The position numbers were made by a program, and so were the translations under genes. From assembly GCA_950097015.1 (NCBI GenBank), contig CATNEN010000039.1:17546001-17610000 (forward strand): a stretch of 64,000 nt of DNA, given 5' to 3'. The notes beneath the pieces are model-generated. The model did no database searches. It was not told the DNA's origin and worked only from the letters and a program-made list of their open reading frames with translations. Each line of letters opens with the position of its first letter. Position 1 is the stretch's first letter. This document shows positions 11,213-23,005 of this stretch, one piece after another. This DNA comes from Macrostomum hystrix. Its lineage: Eukaryota; Animalia; Platyhelminthes.

Positions 11213-14200
11213 CTAGGCCTCAGAGTACAGAACCGTCCCCTGGCTGTTCAGGGCATCGGCGGACTCAAAGTCCTCTGCGGCCATTCGTCTGGATCGACGC
11301 AGCAGCTCGTCCAACTTCTTTGACACCGCATCGTTGGCGGATGCGGAAACTCCTCGACTGTTGGCCTGCTTGGTCCGGTCAAACTGGATGCTGGCCCCGC
11401 TCCAGTTAATATCATCGCCCAGAAGCTCCTCCTCGATGTCGTCCTGAATGGTTTCAACTATTCGTGTCTGCATTCGATACCTCATTCTGCGGAATCTGTC
11501 GGCCTGTCTAAGAATGAAACGCTCGTGATTTCTGCCCAGCATCGACAGGCGCTTGCGAGCATCCTCGGGATCGAGTTCGGCATTTGAGTTGCAGGTGCGC
11601 TTGAAGCACTTCTGCAGTGCGGACCATAAAATGCCCAGAATGTTGAGAGGCGGAGGCCACGAACTCAAGCGGCAGTAGTCGATTAGCAGTTCATGCCTCA
11701 GTGCCAGCCATAGCAACTGCCAGCGCTTCTCTGAACGACTGACCGTATTGCTAAGCTTCGCTATGAGCATATTAAACATGACCAAATTGACGGTGAGAAG
11801 AAAAGCGATGAGTACAAATCGCTTATAAAACAGCCTAGCAGATGCAAAGTAGCAGCCGTCGTTAGTGCCATAATGATCGCAGCCTTCTAGAGCGTCGATT
11901 TGAAAGTCGCCAAAAGCGGCCAGTAGCGGTCTGGTGTAGATTTCAAATAGGATGCTGTCATTGCGTCGCTGTATGCTCGAGCCGTCAAACCGATAGCGCC
12001 CAACTGTTAGCAAGGACATAAAGATCGTGCCAAACGATACGATCATCAGGAAAAGAATCGTCACAAATGGCATCAAATCCCTGTAGAATATGTAAGGCAG
12101 CATGACTATGTTGACACCGATCGAGCGGGAAAATCGTAGAATTTTTAGAAAGCGCATACTGACCATGAATAGAGCATGGGACATGAGTATTTTATAACAA
12201 AAGTGTGTGTACGCCGATTCCATGTCTCCTATGGCGGTGGCGTCAGGGTCATCAAGTTCACCCCACTGTCCAAAACGAATCACCGCCTTGTACGACAAGG
12301 CAGCCATGAGGAAACTGATGTTAAGTAGATCGTAAACATTCCAGATATCAAACAGATAGGATCTGAAGCCCTCACTAATGGTTGTCGAACGAATGTAGCA
12401 CTCGTGGCCCTCCTGAATCGCCAGAGTGAATAGAAAACAGATCAGAACAATGTCAGTCCAGTTCCATCTGATAGACGGAAACGTCAGACTCGTGATAAGG
12501 ATCGCAATGTAGAATACAGTCGAAGCCGCGTACAGAATGAGTCTCCTTCTTGGACACTGGAGGTGCCTCTTTAGTCTTTGGACGAGGTTCGGCTTGCCAC
12601 TCTGGCTCCTATCAACTAGGCGAACCGCTGACTCATAGGCGTGGTTGGAGTTGTTGTTGTGATACTCTGGCGGCTCGTGCCACATCTTCTCAACAAGCTG
12701 CTGAATGCATTCTGCGCCGTAGAAATCGACGTATTCGGACTTTCTGATCAGCTCTAGAGTCGACAGGCTCTGGTTCAACTCTTTGCCACGCTTCAACTCC
12801 ATCTTACGGACGAGTCGTTTTGAATGGGGTAGAGCAGACTCGCGACCTGTGCCATCGTGAGTTCCCATTTTGCCTAGCAGGTATTCAAAGACGAGGTCGG
12901 CCTCTCGGTCACGGCAGCCACGAAACAGGATGTCGATTGCGTTAATGGCGACTTTTGCCGAGAATGCCTTGACGCTTCTTAGCTCTGGGTTTGCGTCCCT
13001 GATTGGATAATAATTGATAAGGTGCTCTTCTTGAATGAGTCGATTGCACCGAATGATCGCGCTTACAGCTGTGGGAATCAGGTCGAACTGTCGAGTAATC
13101 AGTAAGGCCTTCGCCATTGTGCATCTGCCAGTGATAATGGCTAGGTCGACCATTGAAAGCAGCCTAAAGTAAGTTGTCGGCTTATCTAATTTGCGTAGGA
13201 ATACTTTGCCGTTGTCACGATAAGAAAATAGAGGTCTTCTGGAAACAGCGTTGCTTTGCCGCCGATCTAGGCTAAGGCCCTCAAAAGTCCACCACATGAA
13301 GTCTACCTTGACTCCGAGGCGCTCTTTGATGGGAACTTCAGCCTCCATTTCCGGCAGTTCCTCCATCACATTAATAAAGAACTTTATAAAGTCTCGGTCG
13401 GGAAGCACTTCGTCTATCGCTTCGCCACTCAGGTGGAATCCGTATAACTTCGGATTTTCAATGGCTCTTTTCCAAAATGTAGAACGAATCAGAGCCCTGT
13501 ACTGCGTTGCGCTATCATTTTCAAAGCACATGTACATTAGCGACTTGACATTCATCTCATCCAGTGACGTGAGACCACGGTACTTTTGTGATTTTTTAAA
13601 CAGACGCCAGGCCTCGTCTAGTTCTGCATCCGCTGCAGATTCCGTTGCGGCTCCCTCGGTGCGCTCGCAGTCGCCCTCGCAATTGTCCAGAGCGCCCCTC
13701 ACAGAGTCAACGCAGGCAGCATATTCCAGAACCCAAGACCTGCCGAGTGGACCAGCTCTACCCTCAGCGCCGTCACTGACGATTTGGAAAGCGCAGAGAA
13801 TGGCTTCCTGTCTGTCAGGCTTGGCAAATACAAGGTCGATGCACGTTGCGCCATTCCGTGTGCAGTCCTGCAGGCTGAAGCCACGCTGCATCAGGTACGC
13901 CATACTTTCTGAATGGCCACCGTTGCAGGCAAAGTGCAACGCAGTCCACAGCCCGTATTTAAATGTTTGAGGCTGCAATTGAATGTGACGCAGAGTTTTC
14001 TCTTTTCTATCCATCTCCTGGTCGTCGATGGGTCCTCCAAGTACCATCTGTGAGTCAAACTCAGCTGGCTCGTTGTGGTAGAGGATTAAGTGCAGCCCAC
14101 TGCCTGGAGCCATCTCTTCAATCTGGTGCTTCATCAGGAACTGAATGCTGTTGCTGCTGGCGCAGATGTGAGCAACATCCATACCGTAAGAATTGACTAG

Positions 14201-14944
14201 CATCTCTTCCCATGGCACCGAAAACGACTCGCTGTACAGCTTCAGCTCTCGAATCAGAAGCTTTTGTCGGCGCAGTTGATCACTGTCTTCGTCATTTTCG
14301 TTCTCGCTTTGAAAGTCTCTATCGGTTGGTAAATCCGCATCTTTGTTACCCCGCTTTAACATGTAGAAAAGCGGTGTGAAGTGCTTGTGGTCCTCCTGTC
14401 TGGGGTCCACGAAGACGGAGCCGGACATCAGGGCTTGCAGGACGTACCTAGCTACACAGAAATCTTCGCAGCTAGGGCAGACCTTTCCAAAAGCAATGTG
14501 CAACAGGTTCTGTCGACGCTCTGTAGTGTTATAAAAGACTGCCGATGAACGGGACTCCCTGAGTGCCAGCTGCAGCAGGTAAATTAGCACCCTGTCTGGT
14601 TGATAGCTCTGCTCGTCTTGCGTGTCGATGCTTGTAGTTGGCGACGCACGCGGATGAACCCCAACTTCCAGGCTCATCGACAGAGCGATGAGTAGCGCGT
14701 TTTCTCGATTCTCGTTTCGATGACTCAGCAGCTCTGTCACTGTTAAATCTGTGTACTCACAATTCTCGCAAACCCCAACTGCATGCAGTGAGTGCTCTGC
14801 AAAGTACTTAACGAGGCTCAGGTCGCCAGTCTTGACGGCCAGAATCAGCGGTGTCTCTTTGCTGCGGTTGGTTTTCACTTCACCGTTTTGCATGACAAGC
14901 CGCAGCAGCTCAGCCGATCGTATCTGCCTGTCGATTGAAGCCAT
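11213..14944 (-). CDS. Ankyrin-repeat TRP-family cation channel, single coding exon (~1243 aa)
   Basis: Ankyrin motifs ETPLILAVKTGDLSLVKYF and WTALHFACNGGHSESMAYLMQRG; pre-S1 CIQQLVEKMW; six hydrophobic segments including YLFDIWNVYD; S6 NLVMFNMLIAKLSNT; TRP-box-like WLALRHELLIDYCRLSSWPPPLNI. The first in-frame ATG at 14944 is in GCCATGG context (ORF track starts at TTG 14995). Confidence 0.88.
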   Translation of the reverse strand: MASIDRQIRSAELLRLVMQNGEVKTNRSKETPLILAVKTGDLSLVKYFAEHSLHAVGVCENCEYTDLTVTELLSHRNENRENALLIALSMSLEVGVHPRASPTTSIDTQDEQSYQPDRVLIYLLQLALRESRSSAVFYNTTERRQNLLHIAFGKVCPSCEDFCVARYVLQALMSGSVFVDPRQEDHKHFTPLFYMLKRGNKDADLPTDRDFQSENENDEDSDQLRRQKLLIRELKLYSESFSVPWEEMLVNSYGMDVAHICASSNSIQFLMKHQIEEMAPGSGLHLILYHNEPAEFDSQMVLGGPIDDQEMDRKEKTLRHIQLQPQTFKYGLWTALHFACNGGHSESMAYLMQRGFSLQDCTRNGATCIDLVFAKPDRQEAILCAFQIVSDGAEGRAGPLGRSWVLEYAACVDSVRGALDNCEGDCERTEGAATESAADAELDEAWRLFKKSQKYRGLTSLDEMNVKSLMYMCFENDSATQYRALIRSTFWKRAIENPKLYGFHLSGEAIDEVLPDRDFIKFFINVMEELPEMEAEVPIKERLGVKVDFMWWTFEGLSLDRRQSNAVSRRPLFSYRDNGKVFLRKLDKPTTYFRLLSMVDLAIITGRCTMAKALLITRQFDLIPTAVSAIIRCNRLIQEEHLINYYPIRDANPELRSVKAFSAKVAINAIDILFRGCRDREADLVFEYLLGKMGTHDGTGRESALPHSKRLVRKMELKRGKELNQSLSTLELIRKSEYVDFYGAECIQQLVEKMWHEPPEYHNNNSNHAYESAVRLVDRSQSGKPNLVQRLKRHLQCPRRRLILYAASTVFYIAILITSLTFPSIRWNWTDIVLICFLFTLAIQEGHECYIRSTTISEGFRSYLFDIWNVYDLLNISFLMAALSYKAVIRFGQWGELDDPDATAIGDMESAYTHFCYKILMSHALFMVSMRFLKILRFSRSIGVNIVMLPYIFYRDLMPFVTILFLMIVSFGTIFMSLLTVGRYRFDGSSIQRRNDSILFEIYTRPLLAAFGDFQIDALEGCDHYGTNDGCYFASARLFYKRFVLIAFLLTVNLVMFNMLIAKLSNTVSRSEKRWQLLWLALRHELLIDYCRLSSWPPPLNILGILWSALQKCFKRTCNSNAELDPEDARKRLSMLGRNHERFILRQADRFRRMRYRMQTRIVETIQDDIEEELLGDDINWSGASIQFDRTKQANSRGVSASANDAVSKKLDELLRRSRRMAAEDFESADALNSQGTVLYSEA

Positions 14945-16413
14945 GGCGTTCGGGTTGCGCTGAAGTCTCCGGGCGTCCTTGATGCGTACCTCCAAAGCGG
15001 CGATGAGAGTTGTTGCAAAAGCTGACCGGTGTCATACAATGAAAGACAGGCTTTTTGTACCACTAATCATTAAGCGCTACACGTATAACTCTAAATTTGC
15101 GCGAGTAGTCAAGGACGTTTTATTACTCCAAGCTATATTTTAAGCTCACCTGAATTGTCAGCTAGAGTTCCGGAAGATTCAAAAAAGCTCATTTTTTGTT
15201 TGTCGATTTATTTGACTTTTGCATGCTTCCGTGCTATTCCAGCAAAAACTCTGCAGTTCTGTCTCTCTCCGATGCCTAATGAATGCCAAATGTGTCAATT
15301 TATATATTTCATTGCTCTCCCAAGCATGCTTTTTCTCAGTTGCTGGTCTCACTCGACAACAGATGAGGCACAATAGCTGCCCCCAGTCTACTCTATTCTT
15401 TGTGTTAAAAAGCAACTTTGACCTCGTAAACAGCTCACAAAAGGTAGGAAATCTAAGTTGAGAAACTTTTTGGCACCCAGACAAATAGCTGTTCTGCCTG
15501 TACAGGTATCGACTCATATTGTTTTATTTTTGGAAAAAAATAAGCATGAGCCCTCGGTGTATTTACCTGATGTCGATACAAAGAAAGATAGCAAATGGCG
15601 CAAGACAAAAAACAGATGAGCATTGCTACACCATAAACTGAACAGCTCTTCAATCTGAGTTAAGCTAAAATATAGTTTTTGAGAAGCCACCCTGTTGTAA
15701 AAGCACCTAAGGCGCGAGGAACTCAATCATCACGCTACTGGCCATAAAAATGAAGAGAATTTTAGTGTCAGACTAGCAAAATTTGTACCCGCTTTCGAGA
15801 GTACAGCTGATCACTTTTGCTTCTTGCGTTCGCTCGTATTTGACAGTCCAAACTTTAGCACCAGTCTCTGTTTCCGTTGCTTCCGTTGCAGGGTGTTATA
15901 AACCCTCATTTACGGTTTGTTGGCAAATTACCCAATAATATCCCCTAAAGCTAGCGATTCCCCAAAACTGGAAAATGCATCTCATCTAAATGCTCAATCT
16001 ATTCTCAAAGCAGCTAGCAATGAGCTTGCAAAAATCTCATACAAGGTTTGTGATGTTTATTTATCAGATTTTTCATCTCACAGCAGTTCATATTAATCTC
16101 ATAGCATCTTACTCATAGTAAATTATCCCTCTCTAGTAACTTACTCCACTGAGTAGGCAAATTCCAACGGTGGAGAATCTTGCACACAAAATCTGAAAAA
16201 GATTGGCATCAGTTGAAAACGAGACACTGAATTGTCCCAGAAAAATACCCAATAACATATGACTTGGAATTCGGCAACCAATCGAGAAGGACAAGGCAAA
16301 AATCTTCACTACCATAAATTTGTCACTGCTGAGTGAGTTAGACCTGAAAATTCACTTCTAGCAGACCAGAACTTAACTAGTTCTCATTTCAGACTTTCTG
16401 CAGCAAAAACACA

Positions 16414-18097
16414 ATGCGCTTCTGCTTTAGCTTAGCCTTGCTCTTGTCGGTTTCACGGCTGACGTCAGCTGAGAGCCGTCAGTCCATGTGGCAACGTGTC
16501 GTCCTTCTGGACAACATTTGCCTGGCGAGCTCCGACACGCAGCCAGCCTCCGTGATCCCGGCGTTCGCTTCGAGAAGCCTGATCGAATGCGCGGCCAGGT
16601 GCGACAAAGTTCAGGGCTGCCTGGCCTGCGGCCAGGAAGCTTACGACAGGCGAATAAGGCTCGTGATGAACTCTACTGTCTCTGCCGCGCTTGACAACTG
16701 CAAAGTCATATCAACCATGGATAGAATAGAAATTTTGGTGACAAGTGCGTGATTACTGTGTGGCTGCTAAAGTTAAAAAATGAGAATTTTTAGTTTAAGA
16801 ACATGTTGCGTAAATATGATTTTCAAATCCTGATAAAACTTTGGCAGCACTCTGTCTTCCTAAACTGAAAGAAGCGGTCTTTCTGGTGGCCGTGAACTCT
16901 TCTGGCGTCTCGAGTAGCCTGGCCGAGTTGCTCTGCTCCCGCTGGTGCGGCCAGCTCGCGTCGGACGGCTCCCAGTTCGCGACCCTCGGTGCCGTCGCCA
17001 GAGCTGCTGGAAGCGGGTCCTCGGTCCTCTGCACACCTCTCTCGGCCTCCGCCTACTTCGCCAGCGCCATCGCCTCCGGAGGCTCCTCAGCGATTGACTT
17101 CTCGCCGATCGCCGTGTCGCTCAACTGGCGTCTCCTGTTCACCAATGAGAGCTGGTGTACTCACACTGCAGTGGGCAATGTCCCGCCTCTGCTCCACCTC
17201 GCATGGTCGCAGCCTCTCCAGCTAGACGTTTGCGCCCAGGCATGCGTGTGGCGTCCGACCTGTGAGTTCTTCGTGTTCAACGCCTCCGGCTGCTTCGAGG
17301 GATCGCTCAGCCTCTACCTGAACAGCCGCCTCCAAGGCTTCACTGGCTGCAGCATCTGGCACAAGGCGCGCACCTGGGCCTCATCAATGCTCGCCTTCTA
17401 CACGTTCAACTCCAGCATGCTGAACCTGGCCAACCCCGCCATCATGCCAGCCGTCAACAACTCGCCCATCGACATCGGTCCAGACGGCTTCCAGGTTCCG
17501 CTCAGCACCTCGCAGTTCGTGAGGCTCAACCTGTCGCACATTGGTTTCGATTTGCTTGTCAGGTGAGCACTACTTTAAACAAGAAGTTATGACGTCGTTC
17601 TTAGCCATATGCCTATTGTTTATTCCAGGAGCGACAAACCGGTCTCCTTTGTGCTTCTTTTTACCCGTACCAGCCTGAAGGCCCGATCTGAGCTGCTGTT
17701 GTTTGCCAGTTGCTCCGGCCCGACCGTTTACAACGGGGCCATCAATGAGCAGTCTTCCAGCGGCAATGTAGCCTGGTTCGTGAACACTCTGACAGGGAAC
17801 TGGCAGGAGGCCGATTCTGTCCTTGCTGGGTCCACCTACTCCTATCCGAGCAGCGCCCCTATTAGCTACGTTGTGTCCATGAACTCAACCACTGGCTACT
17901 ACATTGTGAATGGCAAATTAGTCACCACAAGCTTCAAAAAGTACCACAGCACCTATGGCTCGGACCCAGCGGCCATCGGCTGTTTGTACCTGGGGTTCAA
18001 CCCATTTTACATCGATTCCATCCTGAACGGTCGCATCAAACAGCTTGGAGTATTTTCCAGAATGCTCAGCGTCTCTGAAGCGCAAGAGCTGTTTTAA
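16414..18097 (+). CDS. Secreted PAN/apple-like + ConA/LamG(pentraxin)-like protein, copy 1; exons 16414-16744, 16848-17562, 17629-18097
   Basis: Signal peptide; CAARC..C..C and CAQACVWRPTCEFFVF PAN-like motifs; C-terminal YIVNG..LYLG..LNGRIKQLGVFSRMLSVSEAQELF LamG/pentraxin-like end; GT-AG introns of phase 1 and 2 keep the frame. Confidence 0.8.
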
Positions 18098-19469
18098 GCG
18101 TAGCTGCTCAGCTCATTGAGCTGTCATAGAAAACTGAAAAGACTGAGCAAGAAAAGTGGATTTATTTTTCTTCTAACGTTTCTATGTTAAGTAAAAAAGG
18201 ATTTATGAAAATAAAAAAAACTTAACTGCTACGATCGCTAGCACAGCTGCATAGCATTCCATGTGTCATCCTTTTGTCTTTCTTATTTTAAAATCTTCCT
18301 TGTAGTAATGAGAGTACTGCTTTTGAAAGTGTTTACAGCAGGGGGTAAATAGTTGAGCAATCTAACGCGTTCGCCTCTCGCACAAGGATTATCCCCAAAA
18401 AATCAATCACGCGAAGTTTCAAAGAGCTTTCCCGGTTCCAATGAAGGACCTTCGTACGGATGGAAGTTTTACGTCAAAGTAACAACACACCATAGAAATT
18501 TTAATGAAGGCGATATCCTGTGCATTTAGCGAAGCACTTCAGACTAATTGGTTTGTAACTTGCCAAGTCTGTCCATAACTGCTTGTGACAGTCACTTCAA
18601 CTTTAAAAATGCATCAACGTACGTCTCCTCTATCAAGAACTGACGCGATGACGTCAGAAATCAAGGCGTACTTTTGTGGATCATTGGCTTCTTTTAGACC
18701 ATTACAATGGATCAGGACAGCATATTGCACATACGAATCTATGCAGCAATCTATATGCCCTCGTATTGATGAACTGGCTTTGACACGTCGAGAACTATAA
18801 TAGCGGCATTTCGAAACTGACTGATTTGTACCGGCGTGAAGTGCCAATGAACTCAAGCTTGGAGTGCGAAGAAGCGTAGGCCGTGGCGATTTTTAATTTC
18901 AATAATTTCGAAGAAATCCATCGCACTCAAATTTCGTATTTAGGAATCTTTATTAAGATTGCAAATATCTCGCAATTGCTAGACTCAGAAACAGCTTTAT
19001 TTAGTTTGATTGACAAAGGTCTTCCACGATAGACAAGATCAGCAACGTGTTTACGACATAGAAGCCCGTCTGGCGGGGACGTCAAAAGAGGCAAAATAAT
19101 TCACGTCAGTCACCAAACTGCTAGCGGAGGCGAGGAAGATAAAATTTTATGTTGGGCCGCTAATTTCAGTGATTAAATAAATCAAAGTGTGTTTGCTCCA
19201 AAAAGCTTGGAGGCTTTAGCAACAATAAAAGTGGCTTTTTCTGTTGGACTCAACTGCATACTGAAGGACAAGAGTCATGTGGGCTGCGCGATAGATATTG
19301 AAATCCGCTTCAAACCGGTGGGTCTGTTTTGAAATACAAAAAATATTTATTTCTTTAATATTGCTTGCTTATGAAAAGCTCTTCATTTGTTAAAGTTGCT
19401 GCAACTGCAAAAGCTGCACGTACGATGCACATGGGTGAATGACAATATTGAAAAAGCCAAATGAGTTAG

Positions 19470-19622
19470 TATGCGAGAGGGGCTATCTGGGACAAACGTT
19501 TTCGCGGCCTCTATAATCCACAATCTGTTAACTTTATTACTCCTTTTCCCTGATCTCTTTGGGAATAATGAAGTTAATGTGAGGCTGCGAAAACGTTTGT
19601 CCCAGATAGCCCCTCTCGCATA
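19470..19622. mobile_element. Small MITE-like hairpin element, ~42-bp inverted arms
   Basis: TATGCGAGAGGGGCTATCTGGGACAAACGTTTTCGCGGCCTC ... GAGGCTGCGAAAACGTTTGTCCCAGATAGCCCCTCTCGCATA (1 mismatch). Confidence 0.7.
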
Positions 19623-21039
19623 GTACTCAAATGTAACTTTTGCTGTAAACGAGAAATACGTTACAAGCTAATTACCATAGACAATTTCACGGGACTTCAG
19701 AAGCAAAGCGGCAGCTCTTGCCGTGAATTTGGCGCCCAATATAGGGCCGACTCCCAAGGCACTGTGATCGGTGTGCCCGGCTATGAAAAACTGATACAAA
19801 CACCTGTGTGAGTGACAGCTGATTAACTTAGATCCGCGATCCTATCAGCTGCTTAACAGTAAAAAGGCAACGCTATTTTCTCCCCTGTGGAATGACAACG
19901 GGGGTATTTCAATTACCCAACTGCCTACTCCACGATAGCTACCAAGCATTTCGACCCACCCAGCGCTCAAAATAGACCTGAGCGGTCCAGACCGGCTGAC
20001 CTGACGGCCTGGGAAGCAATGACGCAGAGACCGGGAGCCTGCAGTGCACCCTATCAGCCTGCGAACTCGTGCCAAGAATGCTCGCGGCTGGTGTGTTGGG
20101 TGGGGGACCATGGCAACGCGGGGCAGAGAGATAACTGCTTGTGTGTAAAGCCCTCCGACCCCCCTAATGCTAAACACTGCGCCTAATTACTTGAATATAA
20201 AATACACTGCTTCGTAGATGTGCCCCTGCACTGAGGCTTTGAGATGTGAGTCTCACACTCATAACTGTTGGCCTCTGTGGTCAGTACAAGTTCAAGTCTT
20301 TCGGTTAGTGTCGGCAGAAGGTAGCAGGCGGCAAATAAACCTGCTATAGTGATTATGGAAATTGATTCATCGGATAGAGAGGAAAATTTTAGTCCGCGGT
20401 CTGGATTTTCATGGAGATTGGTTGAATATAATCGGCTAAATTGATTGCAGTTTTGTTGATCTAGACTGTAAAATGGTAAAATTTAAATTTCGGAAATTGC
20501 TTTTCAAATGCATTCAGTGACGAGCTATCTTGTGTACTACATGTACTTCGTAGTTCGCTGTCCTCTCTAGTCAATTTCGTCCGTTGAACTTTCCCTTCTT
20601 CACTGTCAGTTTGTCACCACGCTAAGCTTCTGTACCTATTCCATCGATCTCTCGCCTTACAACACCTTCTGACAGGTCTGCCTCTCACCTTCTAGCTTAT
20701 TTCTCTCACCCCAGTCGCGCACTCTCCGTAAGGCCAGTCAGTCCTATATTAAGAGTATAAATATAGGATCCTAGTCATTTTGTCAACTGGGGATTTACAC
20801 GTACTTTTACAATGATATTAGATTTACAGGTAGCGCATACATTTGTGCATACTGTATAGATTATGCGATGCAATGTCATTATAATTTAACCACTGGAACT
20901 CATATGGACGTAAGCTTAGGCAGCATCCTCCTCGTTTCTCATTCTAGACTTAGGACCAGACACCGGTGGAGTGACACTGCCATAAACATACAGTATAATT
21001 TATAAAAAACAAAAATGAAACGTTTATTAAGCAAGCTAT

Positions 21040-21140
21040 TCCCTAAGCTCGATTCCGCGACAAACCACATTCATTTAGGGCGAAGCCGCGGAGAGAGGGG
21101 CTTGTCGTGAAATTTAAGCCCTTAAAAGACAACCTCCAAG
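21040..21140 (+). mobile_element. SINE family B fragment
   Basis: AGCTCGATTCCGCGACAAACCACATTCATTTAGGG..GCCGCGGAG..CTTGTCGTG matches the other B copies. Confidence 0.6.
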
Positions 21141-21850
21141 TCATCTGCCGTGGAGCCAGTTGGCCAGCTCAGTATGACGGGCCCGGAAGCCATCGCAATT
21201 GAATTGCAGGATGAGCTCTAGGCCTGGCTCCCCGTCAGTCTTGGGGCGACCGTGCTTCGGCGGTTGGCGGCGGCTGTTAGCGTGGTCGCAGCCGCCCCGC
21301 AGGCGAAGGACCTCGTGGATGGGCTAAGATTCGACGCCCTGATGTTTGGCCGATGTCCGCTTCCGTTCATCGTCGCTGATTGTGCTGAAACTTTTGCTCC
21401 AGGTGTAGCATCGCTGATTGGGAAGGCCATTAGCCACCTCTACCCGGTAGCTCAGGTCGGAGGCGTCCGGGGACCCCATAGTGTTAACGTTGAGTGTGCC
21501 TTTTTGTCACCAAAATTGTCATCTGCTGGTTGCAGGGGACTGCTCGCATGAGGGTGCAGTCGAGTACGAGTATAACATTTTTATACCAGTGGCTTTGACG
21601 AATGGAATTCAGCTTGTTGGTCACTTCGTCCACTGCCATATTGTGAGACCAAACATTTTAGTCACGTCGAAAACTATTTGACAAAATCTAGTATAATTTG
21701 TTTCATTCTCTTTTTCTCTTCAATCATAATTAAAAAGAAGAGTTTGACTATTTTAAATCTGAGATTCTACAATCCATTCGGGGCCAATGACCGACGCATA
21801 TTACTCTTAACAGCTTATTAGGGAAATATGGCTCGTTAAACTCGTATAAA

Positions 21851-22478
21851 TCACGACTTGAAGGTCGGGGGTTCGATTCTTGACTTCACGGCTGGAATAA
21901 CTTGTGTACTTTAGCAAGAAACTTAAAATTAATAATAATGATTACAGGAGGGCTGCGGGCAATCGCATATAATTTGGTGACACTAGACCCGCAGCCAGCA
22001 AGTTCGCTGACTCCTGAGCACACACGCACACAAATACCGTACGCAGGGACAGGCTCACACAGGTGTGTACATCTGCCCTGAATTTCTCATCGTCTGGCAG
22101 TGTGTACTTTCATGCTGTGCCTCGAAGGCTAGCTCTGAAGGGCGTAAATTGCACGACAAGCCTTTAAGCCTCCGCGGCAATGCCCCTAAATAAATGTGGC
22201 CTCGTCGTGGAATCGAGCTCGAACATTGGTGCGAGAGGCAAACGCGGTAAACCGCTCTGCCACCGACCTCCCTATCAAGACACTTAACTCTGCATTGCTT
22301 CATTTCACCCAGCTGGTTATCGGGTACCAGCATCAGCTGGGTAATTGAGGGTGGGTATGGCGTCCCCCCAGTCCATGGACTGAACAGTTGTACGCAGCCT
22401 TCAGATGCGCCGCGCAGTTGTGCTGTCGGCTGTGCATATGGCCTGATTGGGGCAGGTGTTATTAATTATTATTATTGT
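21851..22478 (+). mobile_element. tRNA-derived CORE-like SINE family A, interrupted by SINE B
   Basis: 21851-21926 and 22273-22478 align with the intact copy at 59762-60073. Confidence 0.85.
21927..22272 (-). mobile_element. Full-length tRNA-derived SINE family B, nested in SINE A
   Basis: Minus strand reads GGGAGGTCGGTGGCAGAGCGG (A box) .. GAGCTCGATTCC (B box); 3' GCTGCGGG..CCCGCAGC stem and (ATT)n tail; 15-bp TSD TAGCAAGAAACTTAA/TATCAAGACACTTAA. Confidence 0.85.
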
Positions 22479-23005
22479 TCATAAGGACATAACATTTATT
22501 TTTCGTAAACCAAGTAAATTTTGGTTATTGGTTGAGGAAATTTGATTGAAATTCGATAACAAAATATCACAAAAAAGCTTTCTTTTGCTGTTATTAAATG
22601 TGTTTCTACTTCTAGCTTTCGAGTATATTTTAGGTCTCAGCTAAACAAAGGATGTCAAGAGTGCTAGATTGCTCTTCGACTGTTAGAAGCTTAAAGGAAC
22701 AGCTTAAAGCGACTGCTAATTCAGAAGAGAAAAGGAAAATTTGAACAGTTAGGAACAGCATTTTTATTTATTAATTCCATTTTCTTAAAGTGACAATTAA
22801 AGTTTTAGTTTGATTAAAATTGCTTCAATAATTTGGAATTGCCTAATTAATTACGAAATTTTTATGTTTCTGGTGCTAAAAATTCATTTTGTCCGACGAA
22901 CTAAGCGAAACTAATCAACTGAAGTGGGTATCCATTTTTTTATTATCAGGGCAAACACTTATTGTTTCACGCTTCAGTTTAACAAAAAAGTAGTTTGTGC
23001 ATTCT

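Noticed and set aside
13251-13970. 239-aa plus-strand ORF and similar antisense ORFs over TRP, gag/pol and PAN-LamG genes
   Set aside because: Shadow ORFs of real genes on the opposite strand.
16925-17562. Central cassette as an inserted transposon
   Set aside because: It is in frame, has no TIR/TSD, its boundaries differ between copy pairs, and it carries the start of the LamG-like domain; conversion fits better.
18585-19100. Short ORFs that could be a decayed gene
   Set aside because: No recognisable motif or consistent splice structure.
21218-21430. Possible LINE C-terminal Cys-motif remnant (GSGHRPNIRA..FACG)
   Set aside because: Too degenerate to support without a database search.
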